A DNA stretch of 64,000 bases from a virus (Duplodnaviria > Caudoviricetes), in IMG/VR virus record IMGVR_UViG_3300008114_000194, positions 11,622 to 75,621 of that record. One strand, 5' to 3'. The notes below the pieces were generated by a model. That model had not been told where the DNA came from. It ran no database searches and saw only the letters and a list, made by a program, of their open reading frames with translations. Shown piece after piece: positions 16,179 through 25,317 of the stretch (position 1 is its first letter; every line of letters begins with the position of its first letter). The translations under genes were made by a program, and so were the position numbers.

Positions 16179-16997
16179 ATGAAATTATATGTCACTAGCG
16201 ATCTCCATCTGGAGTTTGGAGATTTGGATCTTGAAAATCGTGACGACGTGGATGTGCTGGTCCTGTCGGGAGATATCCTGGTGGCCAGAGATATAGAAAC
16301 CATGAATCCACGCGGTGTGTTGAGCCAGGCATTCCTGCACAGGTGCCACAACCTGTTTCCCCAGGTGGTCATGATCCTGGGCAATCACGAACACTATCAC
16401 GGTGACTTCTGCAAAAGCACAGATATCATCCGTGCCGCTGTGGCAGACTATGACAACTTCCATGTGTTGGACAAGCAGTCGGTAGAAATCAATGACTATG
16501 TGTTTATTGGTGGCACACTTTGGACGGATTTCAACGGCAATGATCCTTTGACCCTGACTGCTGCTGGCAGCATGATGCACGATTTCAAAGGTGTGAAACA
16601 TTCTGCCAATGGTGCAGCAGGTGGCTCCTGGAGATTCCTGCCCCAGGATGCACTGGCTGATCATCAAGCCATGCTGAAATGCATCACAAGAACCATCGAC
16701 GATCGCAGAGCCCGGGGCGAGCATTCAGATCGTGTGATCGTGGTAGGGCACCACTCACCCAGCAGACAAAGCACACACGCTCGCTATCAAAACGAAGTGC
16801 TCATGAACGGCTGTTACAGTTCTCACCTGGACGGATTCATCCTAGACCGTCCAGAAATCTGCCTGTGGACCCACGGACACACCCACGAGGATTTTGACTA
16901 TGAGATCGGGCGCACCAGGATCGTGTGTAACCCACGTGGCTATGTGGGCTACGAAGCCCGTGCCGATCAGTGGCAACCAAAGTTAATTGAAGTCTAG
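16179..16997 (+). CDS. Calcineurin-like metallophosphoesterase
   Basis: SDLHLE, LSGDI, LGNHEHY, GHH.P, HGHTH motifs. Confidence 0.93.
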   Translation: MKLYVTSDLHLEFGDLDLENRDDVDVLVLSGDILVARDIETMNPRGVLSQAFLHRCHNLFPQVVMILGNHEHYHGDFCKSTDIIRAAVADYDNFHVLDKQSVEINDYVFIGGTLWTDFNGNDPLTLTAAGSMMHDFKGVKHSANGAAGGSWRFLPQDALADHQAMLKCITRTIDDRRARGEHSDRVIVVGHHSPSRQSTHARYQNEVLMNGCYSSHLDGFILDRPEICLWTHGHTHEDFDYEIGRTRIVCNPRGYVGYEARADQWQPKLIEV

Positions 16998-17004
16998 CAA
17001 ACCT

Positions 17005-17011
17005 GTAAATA
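17005..17011 (+). promoter_or_regulatory. Late promoter GTAAATA
   Basis: TAAATA core upstream of AGGAG-ATG 17037. Confidence 0.55.
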
Positions 17012-17036
17012 AGTAACACACACTAGGAGAGCCATC

Positions 17037-17150
17037 ATGAATGACGTGTTCTTGTTAGTAGCAGTAGCCACAGCACTGGGAATGCCAGCCATATATGTGG
17101 TGGTAAGAAGTATCATGGAGATCATAGATAAAACCAATGAAAATCATTAA
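17037..17150 (+). CDS. Small membrane protein (37 aa)
   Basis: [37 protein letters not shown]; AGGAG RBS. Confidence 0.6.
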   Translation: MNDVFLLVAVATALGMPAIYVVVRSIMEIIDKTNENH

Positions 17151-17155
17151 TCGTT

Positions 17156-17371
17156 ATGAGTAAAGAAGACTCGCTTACACTAGAAGGCGAAGTCACAGAA
17201 GTATTACGCAACGCCATGTTTCGTGTGCGCCTGGACCAGGGCGCGGAAATCACAGCACATATTTCAGGAAAAATGCGTCAGTACAACATCAAGGTGTTGG
17301 CCGGCGACCGCGTGGAAGTTGAATTCTCACCCTACGATCTAACCAAGGGCAGAGTCACACGCAGACTTTAA
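17156..17371 (+). CDS. infA: Translation initiation factor IF-1
   Basis: [20 protein letters not shown]....[27 protein letters not shown]. Confidence 0.97.
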   Translation: MSKEDSLTLEGEVTEVLRNAMFRVRLDQGAEITAHISGKMRQYNIKVLAGDRVEVEFSPYDLTKGRVTRRL

Positions 17372-17383
17372 ATAAATAGAGTC

Positions 17384-17947
17384 ATGCGTGAAATAATCAC
17401 CTTACTAGAAGAAAAAAGCCGACCACAGGACATAGGTATTGTAGAACTGTCCTATTCAGACTCGGATTTGAATCCCGTTATGAGTGCCCGGACCATGGAA
17501 TATCACTATGGCAAATTGGCCCACGGCTATGCTGATCGATTCAATAAAGATGAAGGCGATCGGGAATTCAACTACGCTGGTGCTTTTTTACACAATTTAT
17601 TTTTCCCACAGTTTAGAAAATCTCGCAACAACAATCGCCCCAACGGTCCCATTGGCAGCATGATCAACGCTAAATTTGGATCCTGGGAAGAATTCAAACA
17701 ACAGTTCCAAAAACAGGCCATGACTGTGCAGGGATCGGGCTGGGTTTATCTGGCCAGATCTGGCGAAATCAAAATCATACCCAATCACCAGGTGCGCGAC
17801 GATATCCTGATCTTGGTAGACTGGTGGGAACACGCCTGGGCCTTGGATTATCAAAGCGATAAAAAACAATATCTCGCAAATATATGGAAAATATTTGACT
17901 GGAATGTGATCAATGCCCGCTGGGGACAGGCCTATCAAAATGATTAA
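17384..17947 (+). CDS. sod: Fe/Mn superoxide dismutase (divergent)
   Basis: MEYHYGK (His ligand 1), [10 protein letters not shown] (ligand 2), [19 protein letters not shown] (ligands 3 and 4); ATAAATA 17372-17378 upstream. Confidence 0.9.
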   Translation: MREIITLLEEKSRPQDIGIVELSYSDSDLNPVMSARTMEYHYGKLAHGYADRFNKDEGDREFNYAGAFLHNLFFPQFRKSRNNNRPNGPIGSMINAKFGSWEEFKQQFQKQAMTVQGSGWVYLARSGEIKIIPNHQVRDDILILVDWWEHAWALDYQSDKKQYLANIWKIFDWNVINARWGQAYQND

Positions 17948-18251
17948 TATCACAGAATCTGCCCGAAACAAAATCACACAATTGCTGGCTGAAGAAAATG
18001 ATGACAATTTACGAGTGCGTGCGTTTGTGCAAGGCGGCGGCTGCTCTGGCTTCCAGTATGGATTTACCTTTGACGCAGACACAGCCGAGGACGACTACAA
18101 CATAGATGGTGTGTTGGTAGACTCAATGAGTATGCAGTATCTACAGGGCGCCACCATTGACTACGCAGAATCTGACCTGGGCGCAGAATTCAAGATAGTG
18201 AACCCCAACGCAACAACCACCTGCGGCTGCGGCAGTTCCTTTAGCGTGTAA
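17940..18251 (+). CDS. erpA: A-type Fe-S cluster carrier (ErpA/IscA/HesB); start revised to 17940
   Basis: [40 protein letters not shown]. Confidence 0.93.
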   Translation: MINITESARNKITQLLAEENDDNLRVRAFVQGGGCSGFQYGFTFDADTAEDDYNIDGVLVDSMSMQYLQGATIDYAESDLGAEFKIVNPNATTTCGCGSSFSV

Positions 18252-18263
18252 AACCCAAACCCG

Positions 18264-18270
18264 CTAAATA
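18264..18270 (+). promoter_or_regulatory. Late promoter CTAAATA at the start of the structural module
   Basis: 21 nt before ATG 18292. Confidence 0.7.
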
Positions 18271-18291
18271 CTCTAAAGGATCCATTAGAGT

Positions 18292-19992
18292 ATGCCATTT
18301 CAATTAATCAATGTAGGTACAGCTCCCAATTCCAACGACGGTGATCCATTACGGGTAGCACTGCAAAAAGTCAATGACAACTTTTTGGCCTTGGCCAATG
18401 TGGGTCCCATCAATGGCGCAGCCGAAGTATTGACTGCTGCATCGGGCAACACAGATGCCAACATCGCCATGACCTGGAGCGCCAGCAACAGTACCACAAT
18501 CATTGGCAGCACCAGCAGAACCAACGGCAACATACGCATCAGTCCACGTGGCACGGGCCAGGTCATCTTGCCCAGCAACACCTATGTGAGCATACAAGGT
18601 GGATTAAATGGCCAGTTTTTAACCACACGCGGCAACGGACAACTGTACTGGAGCTATGGTAATGGCAACAGTGTGCAGGCCTCGGGCGGCAACTATCAGG
18701 TACAGTACAACATCAATACCACACTGTCGGCCAATGCCAACTTCACATTCAATCCCAACACTGCCAATTTAACTGTGGTGGGCAACATCGTCGCTGCGGG
18801 AATTTATTACAGCAATGGTTCACCGGTCAGCACAGGCGCAGGCAACTACAGCAACGCCAATGTGGCCGCATATTTGCCTGTGTACACTGGCAACATCGCT
18901 GCCACAGACATTGTGACCAACCGTGGCAACATCGTGACATTCACAGCAGGCATAGCGTCCGCAGGCACTGTACGCACAGACAATTTACAGTATGCCAATG
19001 GTCAGGCCTATCAATTCAATTACAGCAATTTAATGGTAGCCAATTATTTGCCCACTTACACAGGCCAATTGACCAGCCTGGCTGGCAATATCACCACCAC
19101 TGGCAACATCACGGGTACCTATCTGTTTGGTAATGGTGTGTACCTGACCGGGCTGGGTGCCACCTACGGCAACGCCAATGTGGCAGATTACATCGACGGC
19201 TATACCGGCAACATCACTGCTGGCAATATCACGGTAACCACCGGGGTCACAGCAAATAATCTATCTGCCAACAATGATTTAATTGTGTCAGGAACAGGAT
19301 ATCTTTACAATATCAACAGCGGCGGCACCAGCATCTTGACCACGGCCAACATACAGTATGCCATTGTCACGCAAAATCTCACAGCCACTGGCGCCAACTT
19401 TTCAGGCATAGTTTCTGTAAATCGCATACAAACCGACAACTACTACTGGGCCAATGGTGTGCCTGCTCAGTTCCAGGCCAATTCGGGTTCTGCTGTCAAT
19501 CCTGCGGGCAGCAACACACAGATACAGTTTAACTCAGCCAACGCATTTGGCGCATCAGCGCAGTTGACATTCAATCAGGCCAGCAACACACTGTCTGTGC
19601 CAATTATTTCTGCCACCACTGTGTCAGCATCCAACGGCATCAACGGCACCTTGATCGGCACACACTATGGCGCGGTGTATGCTAACACCATTACAGCCAA
19701 TGCCAATATCACAGGCGTGGGTGCCAGTTTCTCGGGCACTGTCACAGCCAACAACTTCATCAGCACAGGTACCACAGGTGGCTCAGCCAATCTCAATATC
19801 ACTGGCAGCGGCAATTTGAATCTACTGAGTTCGGGACAAATCACTGCCAATGCTCCTGTGCGCTTGGCCAGTTATGCCAATACCTCCATGCCCACGGCCA
19901 CTGCCGGCGCAGTGGCCTATGTTTCAACTACCAATCAACCAGCATACTATAACGGCACCAGCTGGCGTTATTTTGATGGCACTGCTGTGTGA
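18292..19992 (+). CDS. Virion structural protein with T4 gp9/gp10-like N-terminus and Asn/Gly-rich fibre body
   Basis: INVGTAPNSNDGDPLRVALQKVNDNF motif; GNYSNANVAAYL repeats. Confidence 0.8.
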   Translation: MPFQLINVGTAPNSNDGDPLRVALQKVNDNFLALANVGPINGAAEVLTAASGNTDANIAMTWSASNSTTIIGSTSRTNGNIRISPRGTGQVILPSNTYVSIQGGLNGQFLTTRGNGQLYWSYGNGNSVQASGGNYQVQYNINTTLSANANFTFNPNTANLTVVGNIVAAGIYYSNGSPVSTGAGNYSNANVAAYLPVYTGNIAATDIVTNRGNIVTFTAGIASAGTVRTDNLQYANGQAYQFNYSNLMVANYLPTYTGQLTSLAGNITTTGNITGTYLFGNGVYLTGLGATYGNANVADYIDGYTGNITAGNITVTTGVTANNLSANNDLIVSGTGYLYNINSGGTSILTTANIQYAIVTQNLTATGANFSGIVSVNRIQTDNYYWANGVPAQFQANSGSAVNPAGSNTQIQFNSANAFGASAQLTFNQASNTLSVPIISATTVSASNGINGTLIGTHYGAVYANTITANANITGVGASFSGTVTANNFISTGTTGGSANLNITGSGNLNLLSSGQITANAPVRLASYANTSMPTATAGAVAYVSTTNQPAYYNGTSWRYFDGTAV

Positions 19993-20204
19993 TGCGATAC
20001 TATGTGACCGCACGCTCAGTGGAGGACAAGCAGAGTTTATTAGGCACACTCCGGGATGTCATTGACACCGAGCCAGGCAGTCGACGTAATATCTTGGTTG
20101 GCGACACGGACATAAAGGCTCTGGCTCAAGATCCCAGAGTAAAAAACATACAACCTCATCCTGAAGATTGGCCTGGATTTGAATATCGATTATTTGCAGA
20201 ATGA
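19989..20204 (+). CDS. Separately encoded S8 protease prodomain-like protein
   Basis: MRYYVT...ALAQDPRV..I..PED resembles the N-terminus of the intact S8 at 38956 (MKEYIVT..TLRQDPRVAGVEIPPE). Confidence 0.65.
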   Translation: MMRYYVTARSVEDKQSLLGTLRDVIDTEPGSRRNILVGDTDIKALAQDPRVKNIQPHPEDWPGFEYRLFAE

Positions 20205-22457
20205 GCACTCGCGCACAATCAGGAAAATTTGATCGACAGATCAGCAATGTCAACAGTACAGACACGAACTGGGGACTGTATCGCCACATCAATCGCACCA
20301 ATTCTTGGCCTGGACCTGCGCCCAATATCTATGAAATCACTGGGGACTACAGTTATCAACTGGACGGCACCGGCACCGACATCATACTAGCAGACACAGG
20401 CATAGACGCTTATCATCCAGAATTCCTTGAAGATGTCAACAGCAGCATCTGTGTGGAGTCCGGAAACACAGTGAGTGAGACCACACTCAACACCCGTGCC
20501 AGCCTGCGCGGCATCATGCGCTACAACAACAATGTGATATCTGTGGGCGATGCTGGCACTATATTTCTCAACACTCAGCAGATACAATCATCGCTGCCAT
20601 ATGCTGTGATGGATGTCACTGTGTTTCGCAATCAACTGTTTGCTGTGGGCGGTTATTATGGCGCCAGCGTCAGCAGTTCGCAGACCCCACAGGGTCCAGG
20701 CATACGCATATTGACCAGCACAACCGGACAGGTCTGGACAGATGTGACCCCATACGGCACCAACAATGAATATGCGCAGGGACAGCTGAGATCCGCTGCA
20801 GCCAGTGCCACCAGTGTGGTGGCTGTGGGCAGTACCAACTATGCTTTCCGTAGATTTGATGCTGCCCAATTCAATTATATCGCACCCACTGCTAGGATAT
20901 TACGCTATGATGGTTCCACTTGGACCAACATCGCCACCACATTCACACCACCATTGAATTACAATTTAAATCGCGTGAGATATTTCCGCGACAGATATAT
21001 TGCTGTGGGGGACAATGGTAGCATCATAGTGTCCGGCACCGACGGTGTGTCCTGGACCAGAGTTGCCAGTGGCGTCGGCTGTGGATTGCATGACGTCACA
21101 CAAGGACCTGCCACCACGGGCAGCATCTATGTTGCGGTGGGACGCGGCGGCTGTGTGCTGACCAGCCCTGATAATATCACCTGGACTGTGAGAAACAGTA
21201 CCACTCCAGCAGATTTATTTGCTGTGACTTATACCCAGGGTAGATTCATAGCCATGGGTCAAAACGGTGCAGGTGTTTATTCCACAGATGGCATCACTTG
21301 GAGTGCCTACAACACCGGTATAACCAACACCGTGTATGCCATCACAGGCGCAGACATTGCCACTGGAGCCAGCACTCGAGTGCAGGCCTATGACTGGAGC
21401 AGTTTGGGTGTCACCGACGTGGCCTCCAGTGTGAGCATAGGCGGCTATCTGGGAGATGCCACGGCCCAAGATCCTACCATATCCGGTGGCGGTCACGGCA
21501 CCAACGTGGCCAGTATCGCCGCCGGGCGCAGCAATGGTTGGGCACGTGGCGCACGAATATACAGTATCAGGATTTTTTCCGGCATTGACATGACCACCGG
21601 CAGCACCTTGGGTGCCATCAGCCAGACCAAATATGCACAGTTAATCCGTGCGTTCCATAATGCCAAATCTGCACCACGCAGACCCACCATAGCCAATCTC
21701 AGTCTGCAGACAGTATTGAATCAAACTGCTGGCAGTCAATATGTCACTGAGTTGAGATATCGTGGCAATGTCACTTACAATGGTACCACCGCGCCATTTC
21801 GCGATGCCACACGTGGTTTGATCAACAATGTATTTCCCATAAGAGTCACATCAGTGGACGATGATTTGATAGATGCCATAGATGATGGAGTGATCATAGT
21901 TGGAGCTGCTGGCAACTACAGTTACAAGCAGGATGTCACAGGTGGCGCAGACTACAACAACAGTGTGATCTACAGAAATCCTCCAATACATTCGCCCAAT
22001 CCACAGTATTACATGAGAGGCAGTTCACCAGGTGCTGCCGGCGACGATGTCACAGGCAACACAGTGATCTGTGTGGGTGCCATAGACAGCAGTTTTTTCA
22101 ATCCCAGCAGACAAGTACGAGAACAAAAGGCTTCCTACAGCCATACTGGTCCTAGAGTAGATATCTATGCCGCAGGCAGTGATATCATGGGTGCTGTGTG
22201 CCATGCTTGCCGAATCAAATATAAATCTCACACAACAGGCTGTTAAAACAAGATTGATCACAGCCGCGCAACCGGGTAGATTATCTGTGACCAACAGCAA
22301 TTTCCAAAACAACAGCACCCTGCCCAATTACACCAATTACAGCAGTTTATTGGACGGTGCCAATCGCACTGCTTTTATGCCGGCGGTGCCCATAGCCGAT
22401 GGCACCATTAATTTCTTTAATAATTCAGCAGGCTCGGGCAATTTTGACTTGGAATAG
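20201..22457 (+). pseudogene. S8 subtilase with inserted beta-propeller; frameshifted at ~22190 and lacking the catalytic Ser
   Basis: ILADTG (Asp), GHGTNVAS (His) and AAGN are present, GTSM is absent; the C-terminal helix continues in another frame (VLCAMLAE...LLDGANRTAF) to 22457. Confidence 0.75.
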
Positions 22458-22472
22458 TCAAAACACAGCCGA

Positions 22473-22479
22473 CTAAATA
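22473..22479 (+). promoter_or_regulatory. Late promoter CTAAATA
   Basis: 19 nt before ATG 22499. Confidence 0.7.
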
Positions 22480-22498
22480 CATTTTAGAGCACTAGACC

Positions 22499-25192
22499 AT
22501 GGCAAATATTATCAACGGATTTTATCAAATAAATGTAGGCACCAATCCCAACGATGGCACTGGTGACAGTTTCCGCGACAGTTTTATCGCCACCAATATC
22601 AATTGGGGCATCATGGGCAACACAGGCATTGCCAATACCACACTAAATTTCAGCAACAATATTATTTCAGCCGATGCTGGTGATAATTTGGTTTTTCAAG
22701 TTACCAACGCACACGTTTATCTCGGCAGCGCTGGCACAGATCTCTTGGGTAATTCAGGCAATGTACAGATAGGCAATGGATTAACTGGACAGTTTTTACG
22801 AGCCAGCGGTACCCAGGGCAATGTGTACTGGAGCAATGGCGCCAGCGGCTCTGAAGGCATGGTGCAGTACAATAAATCCGGAAGTTTTGGAGCACAAAGC
22901 ACATTTGTGTATACCGAAGCCAACGCTGGTTTGGCCGTGGGCAATTTATCAGTCACCCGAGATGTAGCAGTGGGCAACAATGTCACCATCACAGGCGACA
23001 CCTCCACACGTGATTTAACAGGTAGGAATTTCCAATTTTCCGGCGATGGTGTACTGCTGGGCAATTTCACAGTGTTTGGCAACATAACATCAGCCAATGC
23101 CGAAGTGGTAGACATAGGTGCTAACCTATTGACCATAGCCAACATGGCCAGCAGCATCACGCTGCTGGAGCAGGCCGGCATCACTTGGGGCAACAGCAGT
23201 ATCATTGGCACGGCCAACACTCCCAACATCAGATTCCGTGACATCGGCGGCAGCAATGTTCAACAGACTGTGCTCAGTATCTATCCTGGTATTTGGACAC
23301 AGGGCGTGTACATCAGCGCCAACAACACACCTGCCAACTCTGATCTAGCACCAGGACGTGTGACCTTTGGTGCAGACACAGAACTGCTGTTCCAAAGTGT
23401 GGTAGGAGCTGCGGTATTTTCCAACCTGCAGGCCAATATATTCACCAGTTTCAACAGCAACATCACCAGCCTCACAGCCAATACCACTGACATGGTGACC
23501 AATGCCAGTGATGGTTCTGCTGTGGCAGGACGACTGTTGCGCATACGCAATACCAGCACTACCCCAGGCAATGTGGGTCTACAGATAGTCAATCAGGCAG
23601 GCGGTGCCAATAGTGCCTGGGATCTGTTCTCAAGAGACGGCAATGGCACTTTAAACTTTGGTTGGTCGGGCAATGGCAACGGTGCCAGCAGCAACATCAG
23701 ACTAGAACTCAGCAACACCGGCAATCTGCAGATGCCCTACAGCACTGCCACAAATAATTTCATTGGCTTTGGCCCCGGCACAGCTGCACACGCAGGCCTG
23801 CGCTATGTGGGATCAGACTATGCACTGTCTTTGGAGGCCAATGGTGCCATTGACAGTTTGCGACTGGGCACCGACGGCACCACCAGGATCACTGTGTTGG
23901 GCAATTCAGTGGCAGCCACTGCTGGCTTTGTGGGCATCAACACATCCGCGCCCATCAGTCCATTGACTGTGACAGGCAACACCGACGGCAACCGCATACA
24001 AAGCGGCCTAACTGTGTCACGCACTGGTATCTATGCTGGTGCCTTTACCCTGGGTGTAAACAACTCAAACAACAGTTTCTTTATAGCCAATACCCAGGCA
24101 TCTGCCCAGGGCGCCTCCCTACTGGTGATAGATTCGCAGGGCAATGTTGCACTGAATCTAGACACACCCACAGTGGGCCTGGATGTGGCAGGTGCAGCTC
24201 GTTTCCGCACTGGTGGTACAGGACCTTCGGTGTCAGCAGGCAACAATCAGGCCTTGACCTTGTTGGGCAACAGTTATCTAGACACAGTTAATTTGCAATA
24301 TTGCGCATATACCAATGCCAATGTCTGGGCCATGAGCTATCGCCAGCAGACAGAAAATGGTGATTTTTGGATTTATCAAAATGAATCAGGCGCTAACATC
24401 AAGCATATCACGCTGAAATACAACGCAGCCAGCGTGGGCATCAATCAGGTCAATCCCCAGGCCACACTGCACGTGGGCAGCAATGCGGCTGGTACCCTGG
24501 CTGATATCAAAGTCGAAAGCGCCAATGGCACACAAGCACAGGTCACTGCTTATCCTGCCTACGCTGCCTTTGGCACACTGAACAATTTCCCAGTGGCCAT
24601 ACAGGTCAATGGCAGCAATGTCATGGTGGTCAATCCTGGCAACAGCGTGACCATGTCCGGCGGATTGTCGGCTGCTTCATTCTCTAGCGACGCATTGATA
24701 GCCAACACTGTGATTGCCAATATCAGCGTGTCATCACCAGGCAACATCACCGGTGCCAACATCATAGCCAATACTGGCATCACGGGCACACTGGTCACAG
24801 CAGCACAGCCCAATATCACGAGTCTGGGCACACTGACTTCATTGAGTGTCACAGGTAATATACAAGCTGCCAACATCATAGCCAACACTGGCATCACGGG
24901 CACACTGGTCACAGCAGCACAGCCCAACGTCACATCAGTGGGCACCTTGGCTTCATTGAGTGTCACAGGCAATGTTTCTGCCAACACTTTTGTTGGTCTA
25001 GGCACAGGGTTGACAGGAACTGCCAATTCCCTGGCAGTGGGCAATGCTGCTAATTTAACCACTACCAATTTCTCCTTGAGAGAAGACCTGGGCAGATTAT
25101 ATTTCTATTATGGCAACACTGCTGTGGCATCTTTAGACAGTGGTGGTAATTTGAGAACCCTGGGCAACGTCATACCATTTACTGCTCCATAA
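22499..25192 (+). CDS. Tail-fibre-like protein with gp9/gp10-like N-terminus
   Basis: INVGTNPNDGTGDSFR; VGINTSAP/VGINQVNPQATLHV fibre repeats; AAQPNITSLGTL repeats; tip motif GRLYFYY..ASLDSGGNL. Confidence 0.85.
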   Translation: MANIINGFYQINVGTNPNDGTGDSFRDSFIATNINWGIMGNTGIANTTLNFSNNIISADAGDNLVFQVTNAHVYLGSAGTDLLGNSGNVQIGNGLTGQFLRASGTQGNVYWSNGASGSEGMVQYNKSGSFGAQSTFVYTEANAGLAVGNLSVTRDVAVGNNVTITGDTSTRDLTGRNFQFSGDGVLLGNFTVFGNITSANAEVVDIGANLLTIANMASSITLLEQAGITWGNSSIIGTANTPNIRFRDIGGSNVQQTVLSIYPGIWTQGVYISANNTPANSDLAPGRVTFGADTELLFQSVVGAAVFSNLQANIFTSFNSNITSLTANTTDMVTNASDGSAVAGRLLRIRNTSTTPGNVGLQIVNQAGGANSAWDLFSRDGNGTLNFGWSGNGNGASSNIRLELSNTGNLQMPYSTATNNFIGFGPGTAAHAGLRYVGSDYALSLEANGAIDSLRLGTDGTTRITVLGNSVAATAGFVGINTSAPISPLTVTGNTDGNRIQSGLTVSRTGIYAGAFTLGVNNSNNSFFIANTQASAQGASLLVIDSQGNVALNLDTPTVGLDVAGAARFRTGGTGPSVSAGNNQALTLLGNSYLDTVNLQYCAYTNANVWAMSYRQQTENGDFWIYQNESGANIKHITLKYNAASVGINQVNPQATLHVGSNAAGTLADIKVESANGTQAQVTAYPAYAAFGTLNNFPVAIQVNGSNVMVVNPGNSVTMSGGLSAASFSSDALIANTVIANISVSSPGNITGANIIANTGITGTLVTAAQPNITSLGTLTSLSVTGNIQAANIIANTGITGTLVTAAQPNVTSVGTLASLSVTGNVSANTFVGLGTGLTGTANSLAVGNAANLTTTNFSLREDLGRLYFYYGNTAVASLDSGGNLRTLGNVIPFTAP

Positions 25193-25222
25193 ACTCACCC
25201 TGCTCGGCTGCCGGATTTATTG

Positions 25223-25311
25223 CTAAATATTGCTAATCAGGAGCAATGATGCAGAAAAATTCCCCAATGGCCCAGGGCCATCCAGTCCAAATCTCTTGGC
25301 AAACCCGTTGA
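25223..25311 (+). other. Late promoter CTAAATA, AGGAG RBS and a 21-aa ORF (25246-25311)
   Basis: MMQKNSPMAQGHPVQISWQTR* ends 6 nt before the wedge ATG. Confidence 0.35.
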
Positions 25312-25317
25312 TCTAAT

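Noticed and set aside
733-17019. Short antisense ORFs across the accessory region
   Set aside because: Fully overlap well-supported + genes; only 1-705 and 6914-7402 have independent support
20196-20210. Selenocysteine or stop-codon readthrough at TGA 20202
   Set aside because: In-frame readthrough gives unrelated sequence; the protease continues in another frame
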